Shown: positions 37,700 through 46,699 of the stretch, one piece after another
Position numbering within the stretch: the stretch's first letter is position 1
How the letters are laid out: every line of letters begins with the position of its first letter
Assembly (NCBI GenBank): GCA_021824915.1
Contig: JAKAJP010000022.1
Coordinates: 23,832 to 87,831 of the forward strand
Reading direction: 5' to 3'
Length of the DNA stretch: 64,000 nt
DNA from: a bacterium
GTDB taxonomy: Bacteria; Patescibacteriota; Microgenomatia; UBA8517
Translations under genes and position numbers: made by a program
The notes under the pieces: model-generated
What the model was told of the DNA's origin: nothing
The model's input: the letters and a program-made list of their open reading frames with translations, nothing else
Database searches by the model: none

Positions 37700-38599
37700 T
37701 CACTTAAAACGCGAGAAAATAACCTCGTCGGAAACTTTGGATTCACGGATTTCTTTCTTTCTCTTTGATATAGCAACCCCAAGACGTGTCAGTGCCATTA
37801 ATACAACTCTGATGTAACCGGGATGTTTAATAAATCTCATAAAAACTCCTCCTATATGCTTTCTCGTTAAAGTAGGGCTTGTTATATTCTTCCAAACACA
37901 AAGTAGTTGGTTCCGCTCTCTTACTCTTTGAACATAACTTTTTGGAAATTTGCTAATAGTAGATTCATGGTGATGCTCAACAATTCCACCCGGTTCCCAA
38001 CCTAAAACTAAACCCCTTTTTGCAGCTCTGTAGCACAAATCTATATCTTCCCAATAAAACGGCGAAAGAAGTTTTTCGTCCATTCCCCCCAAGGTTACCC
38101 AATGCTTGCGACTAAAAACCCCGCTTCCACCACTGACATAGAAGCTGCTATGAAACTCTTTACTCTCCTCGCCCATTGCAAGCTGGATGTAGCCATCATA
38201 AAACGCGCCTTTGGCATAACCCATTCCTTTTTCGTGAAGTGAAACTGCAAACATATTCGGTTTATCAAAATGCGGGAGAACAGAAACAAGAAAATCCTTC
38301 TCCGGCAGGACGTCGGTATTGATAAGTAATATCAAATCTCCTTTTGCACTCCTCACACCTGTATTGACAGCCGCAGAAAAACCCCTGTTAACCTTATGAC
38401 GGATAAGCCTGATGCCTGGAAATTTAGCTTTGATGAGCGCGACACTGTCATCCCAAGATCCATCGTCCACTATTATTATTTCGAGTATGGAGTTTGGTGA
38501 ATAATTTTTAGCGGCAATAAGCTTAGGCAAGTTTTTTTCCAAAAGCTCTTTGCCATTTAAGTTTGGCATTACTACTGAAACTTTGTGTGACTTTGTCAT
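37700..38599 (-). CDS. glycosyltransferase family 2
   Basis: 'VSVVMPNLNGKELL', 'IIVDDGSWDDS', 'LLINTDV', C-terminal 'WEDIDLCYRA' (GT2 family Q/WxxRW-like region). Confidence 0.7.
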   Translation of the reverse strand: MTKSHKVSVVMPNLNGKELLEKNLPKLIAAKNYSPNSILEIIIVDDGSWDDSVALIKAKFPGIRLIRHKVNRGFSAAVNTGVRSAKGDLILLINTDVLPEKDFLVSVLPHFDKPNMFAVSLHEKGMGYAKGAFYDGYIQLAMGEESKEFHSSFYVSGGSGVFSRKHWVTLGGMDEKLLSPFYWEDIDLCYRAAKRGLVLGWEPGGIVEHHHESTISKFPKSYVQRVRERNQLLCVWKNITSPTLTRKHIGGVFMRFIKHPGYIRVVLMALTRLGVAISKRKKEIRESKVSDEVIFSRFK

Positions 38600-39252
38600 A
38601 CTTTCCTCACTTTAACCAAGTGTAACATCCCAAGATTAAATTTCCTGTCAACTTCTATCTTAAATCCGGCCTCTTTGCATACGCGTGGTAAATAATTATT
38701 ACGATATGTCTGGATATGAGTATCCCGCCAAACCCAGCCACGCGGATAAAAATGCAACCAAACAAACCAGACAACTCTAAAAAGAAGACTGTCTGACGGA
38801 ACCAAGAAGACCCCATAACCTCCTTTTTTAAGAATTCTTTTTACTTCAGTCAAAACTTTTTTGGGATTAACCACATGTTCTAACACTTCCATCGCAAACA
38901 CGGCATTAAAAGTACCAGACTTAAATTTCAAGTCATGAGCATCCCCAACCATAAATTTCATCCTTTTCTCATGCTTCCAGTGATGTTTTGCCCAGTCAAT
39001 AGAAGTTTTTATCACATCAATCCCTATATATTTGTCTGCTTTGGATTTATTAAATATTACCTTTGAAAAAACTCCGTCTGCACAACCGATATCCAATACC
39101 GTCCCGCCCGTTGGCTCGACCAATTTTGCCACTTCCGTAAATCTCCGCCAGTGCCAATATTTTTGAAGCGGATCAACGCGCAAAGATTGATAGTACCAAT
39201 TGGGAGGTGTGTTCTTGTGCAACTCAACTGCTTTTTCAAATGTAGCGTCCAT
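38596..39252 (-). CDS. class I SAM-dependent methyltransferase
   Basis: 'VLDIGCADGVFS', 'YIGIDV', 'FNAVFAMEVLEHV'. ATGA overlap with the downstream GT2. Confidence 0.7.
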   Translation of the reverse strand: MDATFEKAVELHKNTPPNWYYQSLRVDPLQKYWHWRRFTEVAKLVEPTGGTVLDIGCADGVFSKVIFNKSKADKYIGIDVIKTSIDWAKHHWKHEKRMKFMVGDAHDLKFKSGTFNAVFAMEVLEHVVNPKKVLTEVKRILKKGGYGVFLVPSDSLLFRVVWFVWLHFYPRGWVWRDTHIQTYRNNYLPRVCKEAGFKIEVDRKFNLGMLHLVKVRKV

Positions 39253-39258
39253 TATTTT

Positions 39259-40791
39259 TTACTTGTTTTCAAGCCTTATCCTCTCCTGAACTCTAATCTG
39301 TCCAAAATATTGTTCCTTAACCAAGGTCGAGACTGCATTTTCTTCCTGAATCGTCTGGTCAAGATACTGCGTTGGAACTCCGTCCATTGGTTCAATTATC
39401 AAATAATACAACTTTGTATCTTTTGACGTTGCCGGTAACGAATCTAGCTGTCCTACCTGATCGCGGCCATGCCACTCGGCAATGTAGCCGTAATTTCTAG
39501 CCCCATACCATTTGTAAAGGTATGTCCAAACTATATTTATCCAGAGCGGGCTAGTTACAGAATTTATGCTGAACTTTTTACCTTGAGACTCCATATAGGT
39601 AAAATCTATCGCTTCAACTTCACGCTTTAGGGTCATTTCTTTTTGAATTGAAAAGAGAGTCGCACCCTTAGGATTTTCTCTCTGAATGATAGCAAGATTT
39701 CCCAAAATTAAAATAACTAAAGTGATTACCGCCAAAACCCGATACCCGGAAGCAAACCATCTATAAATACTCATACCAAGTAATATGGAAACTGCGGGCC
39801 CAATTCCTACCATCAAAAACGGCGTTGAGGTACCGCCCAACGAAACAACCGTAGCATGGCTAAAAAGCCAACTGGCTATAAATAAACCCGCCTTCTCTTT
39901 TTTGAAAACGTAATATGCCGCCAGAATAATAACCAGGAGGCCGCCATAAAAAATATTGCCCGGATAAGTATTAAAAGCAAAGATCCTACCTATTTGATTC
40001 AAATATAGAACTAGATAATCACCGACTGAATTCGAGTAAGCAAGGTTTGGTGAACTTGAAGAAAAAAGCGTTTTAACTCCGCCGATTCCTCTAAAGCCAA
40101 ACTTTATTTCTGACATAAATATCGAGGAAAGCACTAATCCCAAGAAAACCAAAAAAACTAAGAGTTGTCTTCTGGTGACGTTTTTTCTTGAAACCCAAAG
40201 CCAAATCGCAAGTGGAATTAAGTGATATGCCAGAAAAATTTCTGATTGGATTGAAAGACCTAGACCCAAAGCGGTGATCAAAGGTGCCCATTTGTTTTTC
40301 TTTTCTATCCACATCCAAAGGCCAAGATACATCAGCGGAACAGTTAATATCGCAGTTGTCGGATTTGAAAGCCATGTTGCATATTGAGTCGCCTCAAAAG
40401 AAATTGAAAATAAAAGTGAAGACAAAATAGCTGCCCAGGTCTTTTTGGTTAATTGATATGTTATCGCAAAAACAATAAAAACGGTTAAGGAATTTATTAA
40501 CGCTATAAAGTAGGCAGCGTTTGCTGGATTTTTTCCAAACGCATAAGCAATTGCCATTACATAATAGTAAAGGACACCATGATTAAGCCCCTGAATGGAA
40601 GCGGGCGGTCCCTGAATTTTTAGATGGCCTCCCAAGATGATTTGGGCATTTATCGCGTCTCTTGCCTGATCATAACCAAATGTTAAATCGTTGTGACTCA
40701 GGTACATAACACGCAAAAAATATCCCAGCAAAAAAATTAGGAAAACTAACGCAAAAATTTTAACGCGGTCGCGATATAGTTCCTTTAACAT
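39259..40791 (-). CDS. GT-C fold membrane glycosyltransferase, ArnT-like 'DQxRD' subfamily
   Basis: Loop-1 'FGYDQARDAINAQ', about 12 TM helices, C-terminal soluble domain ending 'FGQIRVQERIRLENK' (shared with 57800..59338). Confidence 0.5.
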   Translation of the reverse strand: MLKELYRDRVKIFALVFLIFLLGYFLRVMYLSHNDLTFGYDQARDAINAQIILGGHLKIQGPPASIQGLNHGVLYYYVMAIAYAFGKNPANAAYFIALINSLTVFIVFAITYQLTKKTWAAILSSLLFSISFEATQYATWLSNPTTAILTVPLMYLGLWMWIEKKNKWAPLITALGLGLSIQSEIFLAYHLIPLAIWLWVSRKNVTRRQLLVFLVFLGLVLSSIFMSEIKFGFRGIGGVKTLFSSSSPNLAYSNSVGDYLVLYLNQIGRIFAFNTYPGNIFYGGLLVIILAAYYVFKKEKAGLFIASWLFSHATVVSLGGTSTPFLMVGIGPAVSILLGMSIYRWFASGYRVLAVITLVILILGNLAIIQRENPKGATLFSIQKEMTLKREVEAIDFTYMESQGKKFSINSVTSPLWINIVWTYLYKWYGARNYGYIAEWHGRDQVGQLDSLPATSKDTKLYYLIIEPMDGVPTQYLDQTIQEENAVSTLVKEQYFGQIRVQERIRLENK

Positions 40792-43183
40792 TTTTCTTTC
40801 TAATTAACAAAGTATATCCAATCAAGCCCACCAATGCCACGAGCGAAAGTAGCGAGATTTTAACACCACGAAAGAAAGAGTCGGGTCTATATATAAACTT
40901 TACGACATGTTTTCCTTCCGGAACCACTACTCCACGAAAAGCATAGTCAGCTTGTAGGATTTCCGTTTCTTTCCCATCGATGTAAGCCTTCCAACCCGGG
41001 AAAAAAGTATCAGAGACAAATAAAATTCCTTCCTTGGGCGAATCCACATCTATCAAACTCTCTTCCTCCCCATAATGCAAATACCTAACATCTGCATTAA
41101 ATTTACCATCTAAACTCTTTTTAATTCCCGGGTCCTTCAAAAGAACTACCCGCCTATCCCGTGGAAAATCATTTGAGACAATTTTATTAAGAGCTTCAGA
41201 CTTGTTAGTAGCAACATCCCAATCAAACACAACAAATGCTCTCGGGAGCGTGTTTACATTTTCTAAAACAACTGTGGTTTTATCTTCAAAAACCTGTTTG
41301 AAAATCTTTGGGTCAAAAAAATGTGAGACGACCCCATTTGCATCCGGATTACCTTTCTTATCTTTTTTAATGGCAATCGTATACTTAACGTTAACAAAAG
41401 GTAAGAGAGAGGAAAACTCATCATCAACAGTCCCATATCTCCCCAGGGGTGTGGTTCCGGTATGTCCCGTATTTACTGCTGCAATAAATTTTGAAATACT
41501 CAGCGGGTAGACGGCATCATATCCCTCGAGTGACTCTAGTTTATAGGGCATACGCATATTTATTGGTACCACCTTATCCCCCGTAACTCTGAATGGTTTT
41601 TCTTGACTCATTAGAAAATCAAGGACCGGAGTTTTTGGGAAAATCAATTTTCTGTCCGAAAATGGCGTAAACTTCCATCCAAAATTAAATACTTCAACAA
41701 CCATAAGTGCAAATAGCATAAACGCAATAAACACTTTCACAAATCTGATCTTCAAATTTAGATGAAAAACAACGACCGATAAAAACGCCAAAAGAAAAAC
41801 CAGACATGGAATTGCCAAATTTCGTAAAGCTACTACTCTAATTGAGGTTCCGGCTAGTGTATTTCCTTTTGCCAAAAACGCGACGACTATAAAAACCACT
41901 AACAGAGTTCCCGGAACCAAAAATCCGATCCAAAATCTCTTTTTTAATTCTCCAGATAGTAGATAATCAAATCCGAATCCTGATAGTATTGCCATTGCTA
42001 AGTTAAAAATTACCAGCGATCTATGAGCAGAGGCCGCATTAAAACCACCAATTCCGCTTTTCCATAAGAACATTGAAATTGGAGTAGGAAAAGCAAGGAT
42101 TAATGAAACAACCAATAAAAAGAATGCAACCAAGATTTCTTTTTTCTTCTTTACAATCAAAAGAGAATATCCGGCCAAAATAAAGGCAATAACACCAACA
42201 AAACCGGTATTACTTGTATAATCCTGCGGTCCCCAATAATTTCTGGTGGCGTGGTTTCCAAAATAGTTCGGGGCTATAAAGGTTATAACTTTATCTACTG
42301 GTAAAAATGCCCATTCAAAAGGATGCAGCTCAACTTCCCTCTGTGAATATTTAAGAAGTTCAGCGCCGGGAATAATTTGAAAAGCCGACAATCCAAAGCC
42401 TATCAGAAAAAAGGATGCCAAAAAGAATGATTTTTTGAATACTCCTTTTCCTCGCCAAATACGTACAAACCAAAGAACAAAAACCGATAGACCCAAATAT
42501 AGAATTATCTGCGGATAGCCGGATAACATCATCAACGCCAGCGAAACCGAAACCCCCACGCCATAAACCCATTTTTGTTTAAGTAAAAAGTTGTCGCTGA
42601 AAAAAAGTATGAGAGGAATGAAAGCTGCGGCAAGCGTATGTCCGTTCCACTGTGACCAAATTAAGTTAAAACCACCAAATGCATACACCACCGACCCTAA
42701 AACAGACCCAAATTTTGAAATTTTCCAGTGCCTCAAAAGAATGAACGTAAAGACGGCTGCAAAAAAGTGTTGTAAAACAATTTGAAAACCCCATGCCGTT
42801 ATATTATCCGTCAGAAAGTATATGAAGTTGGTTGGCGAAAACGGTGAGGACTGAAAGTTAGCCAAAAGCGGTGTTCCACCCAAGATTAGGGGATTCCAAA
42901 GCGGAAGCTTGCCTGATTTCAAAAGGTCAACTGCCAAAGTCTGCATAGGATATGTAAATGAAACAACGTCAGTTAGTATTGGATTTTGAACCGGCACGCC
43001 AACCGCATATCCCCATTTATAGTCAAGCCATGGATAATAAACCCCGACAATAAAGTCACCGGGGATTGGAATTAAACCTTTAAGAAAAAATTTCCAAAAG
43101 AAAGAGACAACAATAAAAACTATTAACAGATATGGCCAACAAACCTCAAAGAAGTGAAGAGATTTCCTTTTCAAATTTATCAT
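40760..43183 (-). CDS. YfhO-family membrane protein (GT-C-like glycosyltransferase), 807 aa
   Basis: N-terminal 'GDFIVGVYYPWLDY…GKLPLWNPLILGGTPLLANFQSSPFSP' matches the hallmark YfhO block, and the size fits. YfhO is a GT-C enzyme that glycosylates teichoic acids in Firmicutes. Confidence 0.55.
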   Translation of the reverse strand: MINLKRKSLHFFEVCWPYLLIVFIVVSFFWKFFLKGLIPIPGDFIVGVYYPWLDYKWGYAVGVPVQNPILTDVVSFTYPMQTLAVDLLKSGKLPLWNPLILGGTPLLANFQSSPFSPTNFIYFLTDNITAWGFQIVLQHFFAAVFTFILLRHWKISKFGSVLGSVVYAFGGFNLIWSQWNGHTLAAAFIPLILFFSDNFLLKQKWVYGVGVSVSLALMMLSGYPQIILYLGLSVFVLWFVRIWRGKGVFKKSFFLASFFLIGFGLSAFQIIPGAELLKYSQREVELHPFEWAFLPVDKVITFIAPNYFGNHATRNYWGPQDYTSNTGFVGVIAFILAGYSLLIVKKKKEILVAFFLLVVSLILAFPTPISMFLWKSGIGGFNAASAHRSLVIFNLAMAILSGFGFDYLLSGELKKRFWIGFLVPGTLLVVFIVVAFLAKGNTLAGTSIRVVALRNLAIPCLVFLLAFLSVVVFHLNLKIRFVKVFIAFMLFALMVVEVFNFGWKFTPFSDRKLIFPKTPVLDFLMSQEKPFRVTGDKVVPINMRMPYKLESLEGYDAVYPLSISKFIAAVNTGHTGTTPLGRYGTVDDEFSSLLPFVNVKYTIAIKKDKKGNPDANGVVSHFFDPKIFKQVFEDKTTVVLENVNTLPRAFVVFDWDVATNKSEALNKIVSNDFPRDRRVVLLKDPGIKKSLDGKFNADVRYLHYGEEESLIDVDSPKEGILFVSDTFFPGWKAYIDGKETEILQADYAFRGVVVPEGKHVVKFIYRPDSFFRGVKISLLSLVALVGLIGYTLLIRKKNVKGTISRPR

Positions 43184-44168
43184 AAGAAAATTGTACGGCC
43201 CTTTGTCGTGCCAGTTGAGAAATTCTTCTTATTTCTTTTTTATTACCGGAAAGGGATCTGGCCTTTCTAATTAATTCCGAAGTACCTTTCCATAAAAAAC
43301 CATTCTCACCGTTATCAATAATCTCAGGGCTGCCGCCGCCATTAAAAACAAACGGCACCGCGCCGGCCGACATTGCTTCGACAACAGCAATACCGAAATG
43401 TTCCAGTCTCTCCGGGTGTATATTTCCATTAACTCCAAAGCCGGAAGCACTCCAATAAAACTTAGCCCTCCCGTATAAATCTTTTAATGTGTTAAAAGAA
43501 GGACTTTTGATTATCTCAATTGGATATCCTTTAGATTTTTCTTCCAATTTTTTAAGAAAATCCCCTGCCCCAACCTCTGTCCCACCAGCAAGAACCAACT
43601 TCCAATCACCAGCCTGCTCTGAAAACTTCTTGAAAGCATCAATTAAAACCTCCTGACCCTTAGATTGCAAAAGGTGCGAGAAACGTCCTATAGAAATAAT
43701 AAGATTATCTTTTCTCTTTGCCTTGAAACTAGAAATATCAACCGGAGGATAAACTACCACACTCTCAACTCCAAACTCTTTATCAATAACATTTTTAGTA
43801 AAACGCGAGTTACAAACTATCTTATTTATTCTAAAAAGTTTCATCCGATTAATGAGAGATTTACCATTAACATCATGAAACGGAACTTGAAAATGTAGAA
43901 TGTTGCGCCTTCCCTTAAGTACCGGTATTGATCCGTCAGATACCCAGAAGCAGAGATCGTAACCATCTCCCCGTTTTATGTCATTAATCACATTAACATT
44001 ATTTAATTTCAAACCAAACCTGTCACCCAACTTCTGTAATATCCCGCTACTATTCCACTCCAAATCAACTTTGAAACCGTGTGCCAAAAGAACGCGGGCG
44101 ATACCCAAAGTATAACGTTCTCCGCCTCCGAGAGTATCTAAATATGGATTATGAATTGCCGCCCGCAT
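43146..44168 (-). CDS. glycosyltransferase family 4
   Basis: 'GGGERYT' N-terminal region and 'HFGIAVVEAMSAGAVPFVFNGGGSPEII' C-terminal GT4 motif. Start set at MRAAIHN. Confidence 0.65.
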   Translation of the reverse strand: MRAAIHNPYLDTLGGGERYTLGIARVLLAHGFKVDLEWNSSGILQKLGDRFGLKLNNVNVINDIKRGDGYDLCFWVSDGSIPVLKGRRNILHFQVPFHDVNGKSLINRMKLFRINKIVCNSRFTKNVIDKEFGVESVVVYPPVDISSFKAKRKDNLIISIGRFSHLLQSKGQEVLIDAFKKFSEQAGDWKLVLAGGTEVGAGDFLKKLEEKSKGYPIEIIKSPSFNTLKDLYGRAKFYWSASGFGVNGNIHPERLEHFGIAVVEAMSAGAVPFVFNGGGSPEIIDNGENGFLWKGTSELIRKARSLSGNKKEIRRISQLARQRAVQFSYDKFEKEISSLL

Positions 44169-44874
44169 TTCGTATTTGTAATTCCCAAAGCTTAGCATAT
44201 GTTATCAAGCGGGAATAAACTTGATAAATTGTTTCTATAACTCCAACTTTTCCGTCCAAAAATCCCAAATGCATTACTCCTCTATACCAAAATTCTCTCA
44301 CGGCAGCTGATGCAAAACGCAAAAAATTCATCTTCGGATGGTGGGCATCATATAAAAGTTTCGCCTCAACCTCGCTCCACACATTAGTTTTATCAACCAT
44401 CTCAGTCAAACTCCTATGGCTTCTATGAATTAAGGGTTCATTGAGATGACAAATCTCCCCTACAATTTTCGGCTGTTCATGAAGTTCCCCGTACCAACCT
44501 TTAAGTTTATCTTTCTTTATCAATCTCAATACATAATCGGGCCACCAGCCTCCCCAACGCATTTCATGACCAAGAAAAATATTCCGCCTGGGAATCGCGT
44601 ATCCGGAAAATTCATCAGAGCTTATTACCTGCAAAATCCTACTTTTAAGTTCGGGGGTAATTTCTTCGTCTGTATCAACATATAAAAGCCAGTCACCGCC
44701 GGCCATTTTTGCTCCCGCATTCCTCCACTCCGCAAATCCGCCTTTAATGTTCTTTGTTTCGACTTTTATCACCTCGTCACACCACGAAACCGAATCTAAA
44801 CACTTCTTCAGAAGGTTTTTGTCATAATTTCCTCCAATTAAAATTACTACCGAGATCTTCACCTTTTTGCCCAC
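44149..44874 (-). CDS. glycosyltransferase family 2 (small, WaaE/KdtX-like)
   Basis: 'ISVVILIGGNYDKNLLKKCLDSV', 'WLLYVDTDEEITPEL'. Paralog of 23465..24337 and 45801..46697. Confidence 0.65.
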   Translation of the reverse strand: MGKKVKISVVILIGGNYDKNLLKKCLDSVSWCDEVIKVETKNIKGGFAEWRNAGAKMAGGDWLLYVDTDEEITPELKSRILQVISSDEFSGYAIPRRNIFLGHEMRWGGWWPDYVLRLIKKDKLKGWYGELHEQPKIVGEICHLNEPLIHRSHRSLTEMVDKTNVWSEVEAKLLYDAHHPKMNFLRFASAAVREFWYRGVMHLGFLDGKVGVIETIYQVYSRLITYAKLWELQIRNAGGNS

Positions 44875-45797
44875 TGACCCATTCCCTTTCTACACAAAAG
44901 TGCATCAATTGCTCCCCATTTCTGCCAAGTTCTGCCGGCAAAAATAAGTCGGATAGTATCCCTTAAAACCGCGAGTTTTGTCCGAAAGGGAGAATATCTA
45001 ATCGCATAGTAAAACCTATTTCTGGTTAAAAAGTAATCGTTAGTCGGACTACCGCTTCCACCGGTGGAGGCAGAAACTTTATGCCACATCCACGTACCCG
45101 GAAAATACATTACCTTGAAGCCAGCCCGTTTTGCCCGTTCGCTAAAATCGGCATCCTCCCAATACAAAAAGAAAGAGCTATCAAGGAGACCAATTTTCTT
45201 GAAAACTTCGCTACGAATTATCACCACCGCCCCGTTCGCAAAATCCGTTTCGATGGTTTCGTCATATTGTCCGTGATCTACTTCATCAACACCCCGGTGA
45301 ACTGAATAAACATTCTTCCTATCAATTATCCCCCCGGCATACCATATGACTTTCCCTTTTTCTGATTCTTTATACTTATCTTTGTGAAATTCATATCCTT
45401 TAGCAAAATACATTTTGGGGGATGCAACACCGACGTCGGGACTGCCTTCCATATAATCAACAAGTTTTACAATGATATCTTTCGGTAAAATTAAATCGTT
45501 ATTCATTAAAATTATGTAATCAATTCCCCTTCGTAATGCGTCCTTAATTCCAATATTATTTCCACCGGCAAAACCGAGGTTTGCCCCACTCTGAATAAAC
45601 TTATATTTCATATTTGGCAATTTGTAATTTTTAATCGCCCGTTCTGTTCCATCGTGACTGCCGTTATCAACAACAAGGCATTCAACATCAACACTTCTTA
45701 CATCCAGTTTGGCAACATCAACCAGTTGTTCTTTTGTCATTGCAAGAGCATTTGTAGTTAAAATTATTATTGATACGCTAGGAGTTTTTTTGAACAT
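44859..45797 (-). CDS. glycosyltransferase family 2 (WbbL/rhamnosyltransferase-like)
   Basis: 'VSIIILTTNALAMTKEQL', 'CLVVDNGSHDGT', 'ILMNNDLIL'. Confidence 0.65.
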   Translation of the reverse strand: MFKKTPSVSIIILTTNALAMTKEQLVDVAKLDVRSVDVECLVVDNGSHDGTERAIKNYKLPNMKYKFIQSGANLGFAGGNNIGIKDALRRGIDYIILMNNDLILPKDIIVKLVDYMEGSPDVGVASPKMYFAKGYEFHKDKYKESEKGKVIWYAGGIIDRKNVYSVHRGVDEVDHGQYDETIETDFANGAVVIIRSEVFKKIGLLDSSFFLYWEDADFSERAKRAGFKVMYFPGTWMWHKVSASTGGSGSPTNDYFLTRNRFYYAIRYSPFRTKLAVLRDTIRLIFAGRTWQKWGAIDALLCRKGMGQWAKR

Positions 45798-45800
45798 AGA

Positions 45801-46697
45801 CTAGAGGCCAAACTTCTTCTTAATCCGGTAAGAAATATTTTTTGTTTCTTTATAAAGGGCGTCGTTTTGCCAAAAACGAAATTCTTTTTCCTTTTTGCCA
45901 ATTTCAACGACAACCTCCGTTAAACCAATATTCTCCTCCTTAAATTTATTTTTTTGCCAGAGCTTTACATACGTAATGAGTTCAGAAAAAGCTTGCAAAA
46001 GAGAAAGCGAAAAACCGTGAAGTCCATCTTTATACCCCTCTCCGGTGAAATATCGGTTAATAAACTCTCTCATCGGTTTATTAATAAAGTCCTGCCAACC
46101 AAATTTATAATCACCCCTTGCCAGTAGATCCGCCTGAACAGAAGTATATCTATTCAATTTTTCGAGGTATTGCTCAATAGAATCATAATTATGATGAAGT
46201 ATCGCCAGATCTTCTTTTGTCGGAATGTCAAAACCAACTCCGGTAACCATCGGGACGGAATGAATAACTTCAGACCAACTGACTTTTCCTTTCTTAAAAA
46301 GTCTTGTTTGATAATCCGGCCACCAAAGGGTGTGATTAATCCACTTGCCAAAAATTATATTTTTCCTAGGGATTCGGTAAAAATCAGCTTTTGGACTTTT
46401 CAAAATTTCCTTAATTTTTTTGGAAAGCGCACTGGTAATCTCTTCATCGGGGTCCAAAACTAAAATCCAATCCCCAGCTGCTTTCCCAATAGCAAAGTTT
46501 CTGGCCAGTTCAACATAACGCACACTTTTATACTTAAAAACTTTTGCGCCCAAGTTTTTTGCAACCTCTCCCGTTTTATCAGTTGAGCCTTGATCAATCA
46601 CTACAATTTCGTCAGCAAGATTTTTAATTGAGGCAATCGCGCGTAATAAGTCAGGTTCCACATTCTGAGCATTAATAACTACCGATAGCTTCGCCAT
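45801..46697 (-). CDS. glycosyltransferase family 2 (small, WaaE/KdtX-like)
   Basis: 'LSVVINAQNVEPDLLRAI', 'IVVIDQGSTDKT', 'LVLDPDEEITSAL'. Confidence 0.65.
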   Translation of the reverse strand: MAKLSVVINAQNVEPDLLRAIASIKNLADEIVVIDQGSTDKTGEVAKNLGAKVFKYKSVRYVELARNFAIGKAAGDWILVLDPDEEITSALSKKIKEILKSPKADFYRIPRKNIIFGKWINHTLWWPDYQTRLFKKGKVSWSEVIHSVPMVTGVGFDIPTKEDLAILHHNYDSIEQYLEKLNRYTSVQADLLARGDYKFGWQDFINKPMREFINRYFTGEGYKDGLHGFSLSLLQAFSELITYVKLWQKNKFKEENIGLTEVVVEIGKKEKEFRFWQNDALYKETKNISYRIKKKFGL

Positions 46698-46699
46698 AT

